The notes beneath the pieces are model-generated. The model saw only the letters and a program-made list of their open reading frames with translations, was not told the origin of the DNA and did no database searches. The translations under genes were made by a program, and so were the position numbers. A DNA stretch of 64,000 nt. Origin: a phage. This document shows positions 1-9,367 of the stretch, one piece after another. The stretch lies in the sequence record PV467749.1; one strand, given 5' to 3'. The first letter of the stretch is position 1. Each line of letters begins with the position of its first letter.

Positions 1-1806
<1,806 letters not shown>

Positions 1807-1822
1807 TCACTTTCCCAGATTT

Positions 1823-1830
1823 GATAAATA
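1823..1830 (+). promoter_or_regulatory. late-promoter-like box GATAAATA (copy 1 of tandem TTGATAAATAATAT motif)
   Basis: TTGATAAATAATATCATA resembles the extended late promoter seen upstream of capsid gene. Confidence 0.35.
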
Positions 1831-1886
1831 ATATCATAGAGATCAGGGAATATTGCCTTAAATTTAAATGTGGTTTATATTTTTTG

Positions 1887-1894
1887 ATAAATAA
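1887..1894 (+). promoter_or_regulatory. late-promoter-like box GATAAATA (copy 2), about 45 nt upstream of structural gene 1940
   Basis: TTGATAAATAATATTAAG; spacing to ATG like other late promoters in window. Confidence 0.4.
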
Positions 1895-1939
1895 TATTAA
1901 GCAGGGTGTTCCTGCACAAAATTTGACAAGGAGATTTTT

Positions 1940-2539
1940 ATGAGTCTTAATTCTTTTAACCGTAACTATGGTATGTCTGCTACTGCTCGTGAATACTGGG
2001 GTGGTAACAATGGTTTCGTAACCATCGTTGTTGATCTACCAGCAGATGTTGAAGTTGGTACTACCGCTGTTACTTCTGACGGTTCCGAAATTCAAGATGA
2101 AGCACTACAAACTGCAATCAGCAATGCTCAATACAACCAATTCATGATTACCCAACTACTACAACAACGTGCAGTACTAGTTACTACTTCCGTACTAGCT
2201 CTAGACACCGCTGTTGTTATCCCTGCTGACTTTAAAACCGTTGGTGGTAACGTAATCGCGTTTGGTACTAGTGGTGCTGATGTTACAGGTGGTGCTGGTT
2301 CTGTTGCTCTAACCTTCATCTGTGAACGTCAAGACGTATTTGACAAACAAGAAGTTCGCCCAGGTGCTGCTTACTCTGTACCAGTTGATCCAACTGTTGA
2401 ACTAGCTAAAGCTATTGCACAAGCTAAATTCTTCCGTACCAAATCTTATGTTGCTCTAGGTACTGATGGTGTTGGTGATGCTGCTGCCGCTGACGCTGTT
2501 GCAATTAAAGTTCGTGCTGCTCTACCAGTACAACTATAA
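1940..2539 (+). CDS. putative virion structural protein, paralog A (Ala/Val/Thr/Gly-rich)
   Basis: ATG with GGAG RBS; strongly biased codon usage typical of highly expressed late genes; paralogous to next ORF (shared QQRAV..ATS and ER.NVFDK motifs). Confidence 0.7.
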   Translation: MSLNSFNRNYGMSATAREYWGGNNGFVTIVVDLPADVEVGTTAVTSDGSEIQDEALQTAISNAQYNQFMITQLLQQRAVLVTTSVLALDTAVVIPADFKTVGGNVIAFGTSGADVTGGAGSVALTFICERQDVFDKQEVRPGAAYSVPVDPTVELAKAIAQAKFFRTKSYVALGTDGVGDAAAADAVAIKVRAALPVQL

Positions 2540-2554
2540 TAGGGGGACTACAAT

Positions 2555-3244
2555 ATGTCTAATACTAATACTTCTTTTGAACGTATCAATGGTTATTCCT
2601 TTGATAAAATTCTAGGTTACTTCTGTGGCAAAAACGCCCTAGCATCTATCGCAATTAGTAAAATTGGTAATGTTAACGTGCGTGTTACTGGTGCAGTTGG
2701 TTCTTTCGCTGGTCTACAACGTTTCCTAAACACTGATGTAGCTGATGAAATCGTTGCATATCTAAACGAAAAAGGTATCATCCGTATCGATGGTACTCCA
2801 TTTGAAGCAGCAACTCTAGAAGCTGATTATAACGCTGCTTACGCTGCACAAACTAACGTTAAACGTATCGTTGATGTTGTTCAACAACGTGCAGTTATCA
2901 TCGCTACTTCCGAAATCGCTGGCAACGACGTTGAGCCATTTGCAGTTACTGGTTTTACCAACGCTGCTGACGGTATCCTAAGTGTTGGGTCTGTTGATAT
3001 CGCTAGTGCTTCAGTAGTTACTTTCCTCGTTGAACGTGCTAACGTATTTGATAAAGATATTCAATCTTTCCAAGGCGTTCCAAGTACTGAGATCGAAGAA
3101 GGCCGTCTACTAATTGATGACCTAACCGCAGTTCCACTACTCGCTAAAGATGGTGTTACTGAAGTTGTTCTACGTTCCCAAGCTGCTGATGCTGCTGGTG
3201 ACTTCGGTATCAAACTATTCAAATTCATCCCAGCGATGGTTTAA
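2555..3244 (+). CDS. putative virion structural protein, paralog B
   Basis: RBS AGGGGGA 7 nt upstream of ATG; paralog of 1940..2539; followed by strong terminator. Confidence 0.7.
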   Translation: MSNTNTSFERINGYSFDKILGYFCGKNALASIAISKIGNVNVRVTGAVGSFAGLQRFLNTDVADEIVAYLNEKGIIRIDGTPFEAATLEADYNAAYAAQTNVKRIVDVVQQRAVIIATSEIAGNDVEPFAVTGFTNAADGILSVGSVDIASASVVTFLVERANVFDKDIQSFQGVPSTEIEEGRLLIDDLTAVPLLAKDGVTEVVLRSQAADAAGDFGIKLFKFIPAMV

Positions 3245-3261
3245 TAAATTAAAGATAAAAG

Positions 3262-3291
3262 AAAAGGAGAGCTTTTGCTCTCCTTTTTTTA
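3262..3291. terminator. bidirectional intrinsic terminator between convergent genes
   Basis: AAAAGGAGAGC-TTTT-GCTCTCCTTTTTTT; A-run upstream, T-run downstream. Confidence 0.85.
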
Positions 3292-4014
3292 TTTGTATGA
3301 ACGGAACCCTTCAGGTAAACCAGGTAGATTCTCTAACCCTTCGTTCGCATTCACTAGCTTTACGTCATAATCATCACTGAAATCATCCGTAGCTAGTTTA
3401 CGCCCCATGTCTCTAACGAAGTTGTCAATAATTTCTTCTTCGTCATTACCTGGATGACCTTCCGCTTTTAACTTTTTCCAAAAGTATTCATTATAATCAA
3501 AAACAAATTCAACTTCATTTGTTTCTGGATTAAGTACTACATCCAAATCAATCCAAGGTTCTTTACGTAAAGTAAAGATTTCCTTTGAATACTCTTGTTG
3601 TGTAATCTCTTCATAACGATATGCAAACTCGATAGCTTTAAGACGTTTGTCATCACCATCAGGCATTAGTTCGATTACTTCCATATCATACTCTTTTTGA
3701 GTAATTGCACCAGTACTTAATTTAGCATCAAGTAATTTTACATTATACTCATCACGGGTAATCTTGGAATACTTCAATTGTACATCTGCCTGTGCTATTA
3801 GATAATCAAGAGTTTCTAATACATTGTATTTCTTTTTGATATCCAACTGTGCTACATCAACTTCATATGGTGTTAGATATGTAAGTTCTGCAACTAACAT
3901 ATCAGCTTCATAATCATCGTTATAGTAGTATGCTTTCGCAATCTCTTTCGCTTTACCAGAAAGTCCCCAATGAGCGGGGACCATCCAGAAAGGAATAAAC
4001 CTTTTTTTAGCCAT
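3289..4014 (-). CDS. hypothetical protein with three SHOCT-like repeats (IT.xEY...K..L)
   Basis: ORF track start is TTG at 4041; first in-frame ATG at 4014 (MAKKRF); repeats SKITRDEYNVKLL / GAITQKEYDMEV / EEITQQEYSKEI. Confidence 0.6.
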   Translation of the reverse strand: MAKKRFIPFWMVPAHWGLSGKAKEIAKAYYYNDDYEADMLVAELTYLTPYEVDVAQLDIKKKYNVLETLDYLIAQADVQLKYSKITRDEYNVKLLDAKLSTGAITQKEYDMEVIELMPDGDDKRLKAIEFAYRYEEITQQEYSKEIFTLRKEPWIDLDVVLNPETNEVEFVFDYNEYFWKKLKAEGHPGNDEEEIIDNFVRDMGRKLATDDFSDDYDVKLVNANEGLENLPGLPEGFRSYK

Positions 4015-4309
4015 TTGATTTCTTACCAAAAATTTCTTCAATTTTCATCACATAATATGTGTCTTCACCACCACCAAGATCTTCAGTGATAGGAGTGTTT
4101 AGTGATGAACGACCGAATACAACCATATCACCAACACAAATATTATGTTCTGCAATTTGCCCATTAGGTAGTACTTTACCTTCACCAACTGAAATCACCA
4201 TACCAACACATGGTGGTTCCACGTTTCCTAGGATAATACCACCAGTACTTTTATTCTGTGCTTCAATTTGACGAACCAGTACATAATCGTTAATCATTTT
4301 AATTTTCAT
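4007..4309 (-). CDS. GroES-like co-chaperonin (Cpn10; functional analogue of T4 gp31)
   Basis: INDYVLVRQIEAQNKSTGGIIL and GDMVVF align with E. coli GroES ([28 protein letters not shown]); start at in-frame ATG MKIKMINDY. Confidence 0.8.
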   Translation of the reverse strand: MKIKMINDYVLVRQIEAQNKSTGGIILGNVEPPCVGMVISVGEGKVLPNGQIAEHNICVGDMVVFGRSSLNTPITEDLGGGEDTYYVMKIEEIFGKKSNG

Positions 4310-4310
4310 A

Positions 4311-4517
4311 TCAGTAACCTCCAGTGTTTGCAAACCATTTACCACGGAAATAAAGATTAGCACCTTTATCACCAGGGGTAAAAACTTCCAACTTCATAGT
4401 CTTTTCACCATTACATTGAGGACAATCATGAGGTTCTTCACGATTGGCAATTTTTACAATCTTTTCTAAACTGTGTTTACATTCTTCTTTTTCACAACGA
4501 TATGTATATAATGGCAT
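4311..4517 (-). CDS. FmdB-family zinc-ribbon protein (68 aa)
   Basis: MPLYTYRCEKEEC...CPQC resembles FmdB-type CxxC..CxxC zinc ribbon; AAGGAAG RBS; late promoter upstream. Confidence 0.7.
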   Translation of the reverse strand: MPLYTYRCEKEECKHSLEKIVKIANREEPHDCPQCNGEKTMKLEVFTPGDKGANLYFRGKWFANTGGY

Positions 4518-4552
4518 TTTTGTCTTCCTTTACTTATTTTTAAATCAAAAAT

Positions 4553-4573
4553 TTGGGGAACTCCATGTTCCCC
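4553..4573 (-). other. stable hairpin in 5' UTR between late promoter and zinc-ribbon gene
   Basis: GGGGAAC-ATGGA-GTTCCCC on minus strand, directly downstream of TATAAATA at 4576..4583. Confidence 0.45.
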
Positions 4574-4575
4574 AT

Positions 4576-4583
4576 TATTTATA
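4576..4583 (-). promoter_or_regulatory. T4-type late promoter TATAAATA
   Basis: Exact TATAAATA on minus strand about 60 nt upstream of ATG at 4517. Confidence 0.6.
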
Positions 4584-5315
4584 TTAGCAACCAGTTACGT
4601 AAATCTTGTATACCGCAATACCAGTGTCTAGAGTTACGTTTAGCATACCAGTTTTTGTAATACCAAGGGTAACAGATTCTGCGTTAGAAACGCGGGATAG
4701 AGCTTGTAGAACACGATCAATGTTATAACCAAAACCAAGACCTAGTTCACCTTCAGTTTTAGAGAATGCTAGTGCACCAACGTGGTTACTTTTGTTCTTC
4801 TCACCAACGTGGAAGTAAAGAGTATCACCTTCAGTGTATGGAGTTACTAGAGAACTGAAAGATTTAAACACACCAGAGAAGCTTTTTAGTTCCTGAACTT
4901 TAGCTGCACTAGGTGTAACCTGTACGTCATATGGTTGTTCGTGGAAACGAGGCTGGGCTGGAATTAGTTTTTCTGGTTGAACCATGAAAGTAGTGCTTGC
5001 ATCTTCTGCTTTGAATGCTAGGCTCTTAACTGCACCATCTTTCAAATTAGAAGTGATAGTAGTTCCTTCAGTACTATAAGTTTTTAGAGACATTAGACCC
5101 TGTAGAAGACCTATGTTACCAAGACCAAAACGACCTTGAACTTCTGGTACGTCTTCTTTAGTGTGAGCACGCATAACTAGGGTGCGGTCATCGGTGTATG
5201 CTTCCATGTAAACACGCTGTCCATCACCACGGTCTTCACTGCTAACTGCGATACAAGAAAAGTCGATGCCGTTGGTAGTGTTAACTAGGTCACGTAGTAC
5301 GTTGCGTAGATCCAT
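4584..5315 (-). CDS. hypothetical protein; possible gp45-like sliding clamp (weak)
   Basis: 243 aa, ACGGAGAA RBS; N-terminal LRDLVNTTNGIDFS loosely resembles T4 gp45 LKNFATINSGIMLKSG; size and position near DNA polymerase fit a clamp; not verified. Confidence 0.55.
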   Translation of the reverse strand: MDLRNVLRDLVNTTNGIDFSCIAVSSEDRGDGQRVYMEAYTDDRTLVMRAHTKEDVPEVQGRFGLGNIGLLQGLMSLKTYSTEGTTITSNLKDGAVKSLAFKAEDASTTFMVQPEKLIPAQPRFHEQPYDVQVTPSAAKVQELKSFSGVFKSFSSLVTPYTEGDTLYFHVGEKNKSNHVGALAFSKTEGELGLGFGYNIDRVLQALSRVSNAESVTLGITKTGMLNVTLDTGIAVYKIYVTGC

Positions 5316-5382
5316 TATATAATTCTCCGTTTTATTTGTTAATCAAAAATGTTTTTGTATGCTTCAGATTACTACAAGCACC

Positions 5383-5412
5383 ATTATATCTCGTGAATGA
5401 TGCTTGTCTCAA
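5383..5412 (-). promoter_or_regulatory. sigma70-like promoter TTGAGA-N18-TATAAT
   Basis: Minus strand ttgagacaagcatcattcacgagaTATAATggtg upstream of gene 4584..5315. Confidence 0.5.
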
Positions 5413-5419
5413 TTTTTTA

Positions 5420-5722
5420 TCAGTATTTTGTGTTCCAACGTTTAAGGTACGGCTTATCAGCGTTTGCACCTGCACCAATGTTGAATTTGTAACGTAGATG
5501 TTCTAAGTCTTTTAACGTGTTAACATCTTCAACAATGACAACTTTGCGTTTCTTTTCAATAGAATAGACGTCAACAATCTCACCATCAATTTCAACAGAA
5601 CCAGTTCTGGTGAAACCAGCAGACATTAGAACAACTTCATCATCATTATTGTATGCAAGTACTGAATTTACGATAGTACTATCTTCCAGTACTGCACCAA
5701 CACGCTTATAGATATTTTCCAT
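5420..5722 (-). CDS. hypothetical protein (100 aa)
   Basis: Start moved to in-frame ATG (MENIYKR) preceded by AAGGAGAG RBS. Confidence 0.6.
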   Translation of the reverse strand: MENIYKRVGAVLEDSTIVNSVLAYNNDDEVVLMSAGFTRTGSVEIDGEIVDVYSIEKKRKVVIVEDVNTLKDLEHLRYKFNIGAGANADKPYLKRWNTKY

Positions 5723-5723
5723 A

Positions 5724-5864
5724 TTACTCTCCTTGGGATGCACTCCATAAAACGTACTGTTCCCACGCCTCGTTAACACTGTCCTCAGACAGTGCTAGTG
5801 ATTCATCAGAGAATACGTCATTTACTTCGTCATATTTTAGTTTAGTTTCGTCTGCAATAATCAT
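5724..5864 (-). CDS. small acidic hypothetical protein (46 aa)
   Basis: In-frame ATG (MIIADETK) with AAGGAAA RBS; start lies just upstream of the polymerase stop; track ORF has longer unlikely N-terminal extension. Confidence 0.4.
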   Translation of the reverse strand: MIIADETKLKYDEVNDVFSDESLALSEDSVNEAWEQYVLWSASQGE

Positions 5865-5874
5865 AATATTTTCC

Positions 5875-8800
5875 TTACCAGGTGAAGAATCCGTTATTAA
5901 CGGCTGCTGTACTTTTCTCATGAATACCAATATCCATATCCAGAATACCAAAAATGTTTTCTAATTTTTTAGTTAGAACTATTTCTTCCATTTTCTCTGT
6001 ATCAAATGGTAGTTCTAGGAACCATTCAGGTAGATATTCCACACAGTCAATTGGATAACCTACTGCTTTGATACCCATCGGGTTATCTTTTAAGTTACAT
6101 ACAATTACTTTTGTACCGTCAGTTACTTCAGGTACAGTTTTGTCATCATATACTTCACGTAGACGGTTCCATTGAATACCTGCTAATACATGACCAACTT
6201 TACATTTACCAGAAACTTCATATTCTGCTTCTAAGTTGGTATAGTTCTTAACAGTTTTCGGTGAACCCTTTTCGTGTACTGGCATGTCTTTAAATACCTC
6301 TTTAAAGTCACGTACACGCTGTTTAAGTTGAGCTTCAGACTCACCCACCAGCAATGCAATTAGAGTCTCTTCTAGGAAGTTCTGGATGTATTTTGGCGTA
6401 TCTGAACGTTTAATTTCAAGACCCATCGCTTTAATTTCACCAGGTTTACCATCAACATCTTTACGGAAACCATCTTCCCAGTACTTGAGAATTGCATAAC
6501 GCTTTTTCTTCAGGAATAGACCACGGGAACCGACCATCTCTAAGTCTGCACCAACAATCTTACCTTTCTCAATACCAGTATTGAACATTTCGTTCATGAA
6601 TGAAGGGAATGATTCACCAACTTCATCACCGATTTTGATATACATGTCAACGATTTCTTCTTTAGAAAGATTATATGGAATACCTTGTTCTTTCAGGTAA
6701 TGAGTTACACTGAAGTAAACGGAGTCAGTATCACCGTAAATCACAGAGCCACCTTGATGATTATAAACACCAGTAGTGATTTCATTGATACGGCTTGCCA
6801 TATGTTTAGTCATAGAACGACCAGTTAAGGTAACGGACTGACCTAAACGCTTATCAAAGAAACGTGAACCTTTGTTCAATAGTGCACCATATAGACTGTT
6901 TAGAAGAATCTTACGAATTTGCTGGTTCTGTTTCCAGAATGCACTTTGCTGTTTGAAGTAATTCTTATCTTCCGGTGCACAGAAAATACGACCATCTTTC
7001 AGTACTAAACCATTTTCCACAATGAGTTTTGCAACTTCTTCCCATTGACCTTTACCAATAGCAATACGTAATAGATAAACAGGATCATTGTCATGTAAGT
7101 TTGTACGGAACATTGTACCACTTGTGTAGTTAGATAGCAAAGGTTCAACCTTCTCAGAACCATTGAATTCCCACCCATCACTATACATGTGTTTGTAGTC
7201 GATTACCATTTTTTGTTGTGCTTTACGCTCAGAATACCATTGAGTAAGAATATCTGGAATTACACCATACTTAGACTTATCAAAAAGTGTTCCGTTAGCA
7301 CTTAGTACAATAGTACTGTCTTCAGCAAAGATAATATCATACAATTCTTTACCAGTTGCATTGAACGAACTACCATCTTCTAAATCAACAATCAAAGTTT
7401 TGTCAGATTTTTCATGAACCATTGTAAATTCTACAGCAGCAAATAAACCATGCCATGCAGCGGTCCAATCAGGTTCAAACGCTTTAGATTTGGATTTAGC
7501 TTTTTGCTCTTGTACTTTAGCAGCAAGATATGCATCAGTGTAGTCTTGACGAAGTTGTCCAAGAATACATTCAGTACTCATGCCAAGTGTACGTAGTACA
7601 GTTGGATACAATGAGTTAAAGTCTGTACATCCCAAATCGCTAACAAGGCCAAGAACTGGATCTTGAACCCATGCACCAGCAGCTTTTGCACTGATTTTCT
7701 CATCTTCTTCATCACCTTCTTCACCATAGTACTCCATCTCTGGATCTAACTCAAAATCATCCTTCGGTGCTTTGTTAAAAACAACTTCACCGCGTGAGTG
7801 AGCGAGGTTGATAATAGCAGTGTCGATTAGTGCAACAGAACCCATTGTGGTACTAATTAGTACACATTCTTTATGAGCAAGACGGTTATGCAGGTTGATA
7901 AAGTCACATTTAGCATCAATTTTCTTTAGAAGAATACTATCCTGCTTAGAATAACGCAAGAATGTAATGTAATCTTCTCGGTATAATTTATCCAAAGAAC
8001 CTTCATAGGATACTTTGTTTTCTTTAGTTACTTTTTCAGCAATATAATCTAGTTTGTACGACTGTTCAACTTGACCAGCATGTTTCTTATAAAGAGCAAG
8101 ATAGTCTAAGTGTACACGACCAATAAGATCATATGTTACTACAGTTTTACCAAAGTTATCAGCTTCACGAGCATTTGGTTTTTTATTCCACAAACACCAA
8201 CGAGCAGTAGTTGCTTCGTTGAAGATTTTCTTGGTACGGTTTACCATATATGGAATATCAAAGAATTCACTGTTCCAACCTGAAATTACATCAGAGTCAT
8301 CGATTAGACTAAAGAACTCCATAAACATTTCTTTCTCATCCGTATAAAGGATGACAGTACTGTTAGGGTCGTTAGTTTCTTCGTTTAACTGACGAACAAT
8401 ATCTTGTGCTTCGTACATTTCCATATCTGTTGGTGGCAAAGTAAGTACATAATCCTTACCAGTCCATGATTGATATAGAGAAATTGCAGTTACACGGTTG
8501 AATGGATCTGATGGTGGAGCATAACCAAACTTCTTATGGAAGTCGGTTTCGATATCGAAAAATGCTACGTTCAAATCCGGCGAACCTTTACCCATGTATT
8601 CTCTAGCCAACGTTTTGAAGGTAATGTTGCAATCACTTTCAAAAATACGCAGACCTTCATTTTTATGTTGCTCAACGCTTTTATTCATCTGTGATTGAGT
8701 TTCAAACTCCAAATGCTTTGCGTTAGTTCCATAAATTGTTTTGTGTTCACCAGTAGGACATTCAACATAATATTCATATACTGGGTCCAACTGACGTAGA

Positions 8801-8880
8801 ATACGTTTACCGTTTTTACGTTCTGCTACGTGCAAAATATCACCAGTACGTTTACGTTCCATATAAGCATCGATATACAT
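5875..8880 (-). CDS. DNA polymerase, family B (T4 gp43-like) with 3'-5' exonuclease domain
   Basis: Exo motif FFDIETD and polymerase motif VIYGDTDSVYF; 1001 aa; AAAGGAA RBS. Confidence 0.95.
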   Translation of the reverse strand: MYIDAYMERKRTGDILHVAERKNGKRILRQLDPVYEYYVECPTGEHKTIYGTNAKHLEFETQSQMNKSVEQHKNEGLRIFESDCNITFKTLAREYMGKGSPDLNVAFFDIETDFHKKFGYAPPSDPFNRVTAISLYQSWTGKDYVLTLPPTDMEMYEAQDIVRQLNEETNDPNSTVILYTDEKEMFMEFFSLIDDSDVISGWNSEFFDIPYMVNRTKKIFNEATTARWCLWNKKPNAREADNFGKTVVTYDLIGRVHLDYLALYKKHAGQVEQSYKLDYIAEKVTKENKVSYEGSLDKLYREDYITFLRYSKQDSILLKKIDAKCDFINLHNRLAHKECVLISTTMGSVALIDTAIINLAHSRGEVVFNKAPKDDFELDPEMEYYGEEGDEEDEKISAKAAGAWVQDPVLGLVSDLGCTDFNSLYPTVLRTLGMSTECILGQLRQDYTDAYLAAKVQEQKAKSKSKAFEPDWTAAWHGLFAAVEFTMVHEKSDKTLIVDLEDGSSFNATGKELYDIIFAEDSTIVLSANGTLFDKSKYGVIPDILTQWYSERKAQQKMVIDYKHMYSDGWEFNGSEKVEPLLSNYTSGTMFRTNLHDNDPVYLLRIAIGKGQWEEVAKLIVENGLVLKDGRIFCAPEDKNYFKQQSAFWKQNQQIRKILLNSLYGALLNKGSRFFDKRLGQSVTLTGRSMTKHMASRINEITTGVYNHQGGSVIYGDTDSVYFSVTHYLKEQGIPYNLSKEEIVDMYIKIGDEVGESFPSFMNEMFNTGIEKGKIVGADLEMVGSRGLFLKKKRYAILKYWEDGFRKDVDGKPGEIKAMGLEIKRSDTPKYIQNFLEETLIALLVGESEAQLKQRVRDFKEVFKDMPVHEKGSPKTVKNYTNLEAEYEVSGKCKVGHVLAGIQWNRLREVYDDKTVPEVTDGTKVIVCNLKDNPMGIKAVGYPIDCVEYLPEWFLELPFDTEKMEEIVLTKKLENIFGILDMDIGIHEKSTAAVNNGFFTW

Positions 8881-8903
8881 CGTTTGTATTCCTTTACGTT
8901 TAT

Positions 8904-8938
8904 TAAGTTAAAAATAAAGCCCCCATTCATTGGAGGCT
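8904..8938 (-). terminator. putative terminator between gene 8963..9268 and DNA polymerase
   Basis: Imperfect hairpin AGCCTCC-AATGAAT-GGGGGCT followed by TTTATTTTTAA on minus strand. Confidence 0.4.
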
Positions 8939-8962
8939 ATAAAGTTTAGTTTTTAGTACTTA

Positions 8963-9268
8963 TTAGTAATCGTCATCTGCTTGTGGCAAATTGTTAGTAA
9001 CACTTAGGATAGTTTCGATGTTATCGAGTTTGTTTTGTTTATCAAAGTAATCGCCTTTGTAGATACGTTGAGCGGCTTGTTTGATATCGGATGCATCAAT
9101 ACCTAGTTCATCAGAGATGGAACTAATGAAATCTGCATAGGATGCTTTGGTATCGTCAATAAAAGTAAGTTGTACTACTGCGTTGTTTAGTGCATCACCT
9201 AGACGTTTACGTTGTTCATCATTTAGGTCACGAATTTCAACTTTAACTTCTTTTTTAGCTTTTGCCAT
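8963..9268 (-). CDS. hypothetical protein (101 aa)
   Basis: ATG with GGAGAAG RBS; no recognisable motif. Confidence 0.6.
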   Translation of the reverse strand: MAKAKKEVKVEIRDLNDEQRKRLGDALNNAVVQLTFIDDTKASYADFISSISDELGIDASDIKQAAQRIYKGDYFDKQNKLDNIETILSVTNNLPQADDDY

Positions 9269-9291
9269 TTGTTTGCTTCTCCATGTGTTTT

Positions 9292-9327
9292 GAAAAAAAT
9301 GTCATCTCACAACCGCTGTAAGATGAC
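9292..9327 (-). terminator. intrinsic terminator downstream of tail fiber gene
   Basis: GTCATCT-13 nt loop-AGATGAC followed by TTTTTTT on minus strand. Confidence 0.7.
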
Positions 9328-9330
9328 TAC

Positions 9331-9360
9331 ATTGTATCACTACTTTAAAAGTTGTCTCAA
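9331..9360 (-). promoter_or_regulatory. sigma70-like promoter TTGAGA-N18-TACAAT overlapping terminator
   Basis: Minus strand ttgagacaacttttaaagtagtgaTACAAT; same TTGAGACAA -35 context as promoter at 5383..5412. Confidence 0.4.
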
Positions 9361-9367
9361 TATTTTT

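Noticed and set aside
5875-8880. Intein or intron in the DNA polymerase gene (1001 aa, longer than T4 gp43)
   Set aside because: The ORF is continuous and I found no intein splice-junction or endonuclease block motifs; the extra length is more likely ordinary insertions.
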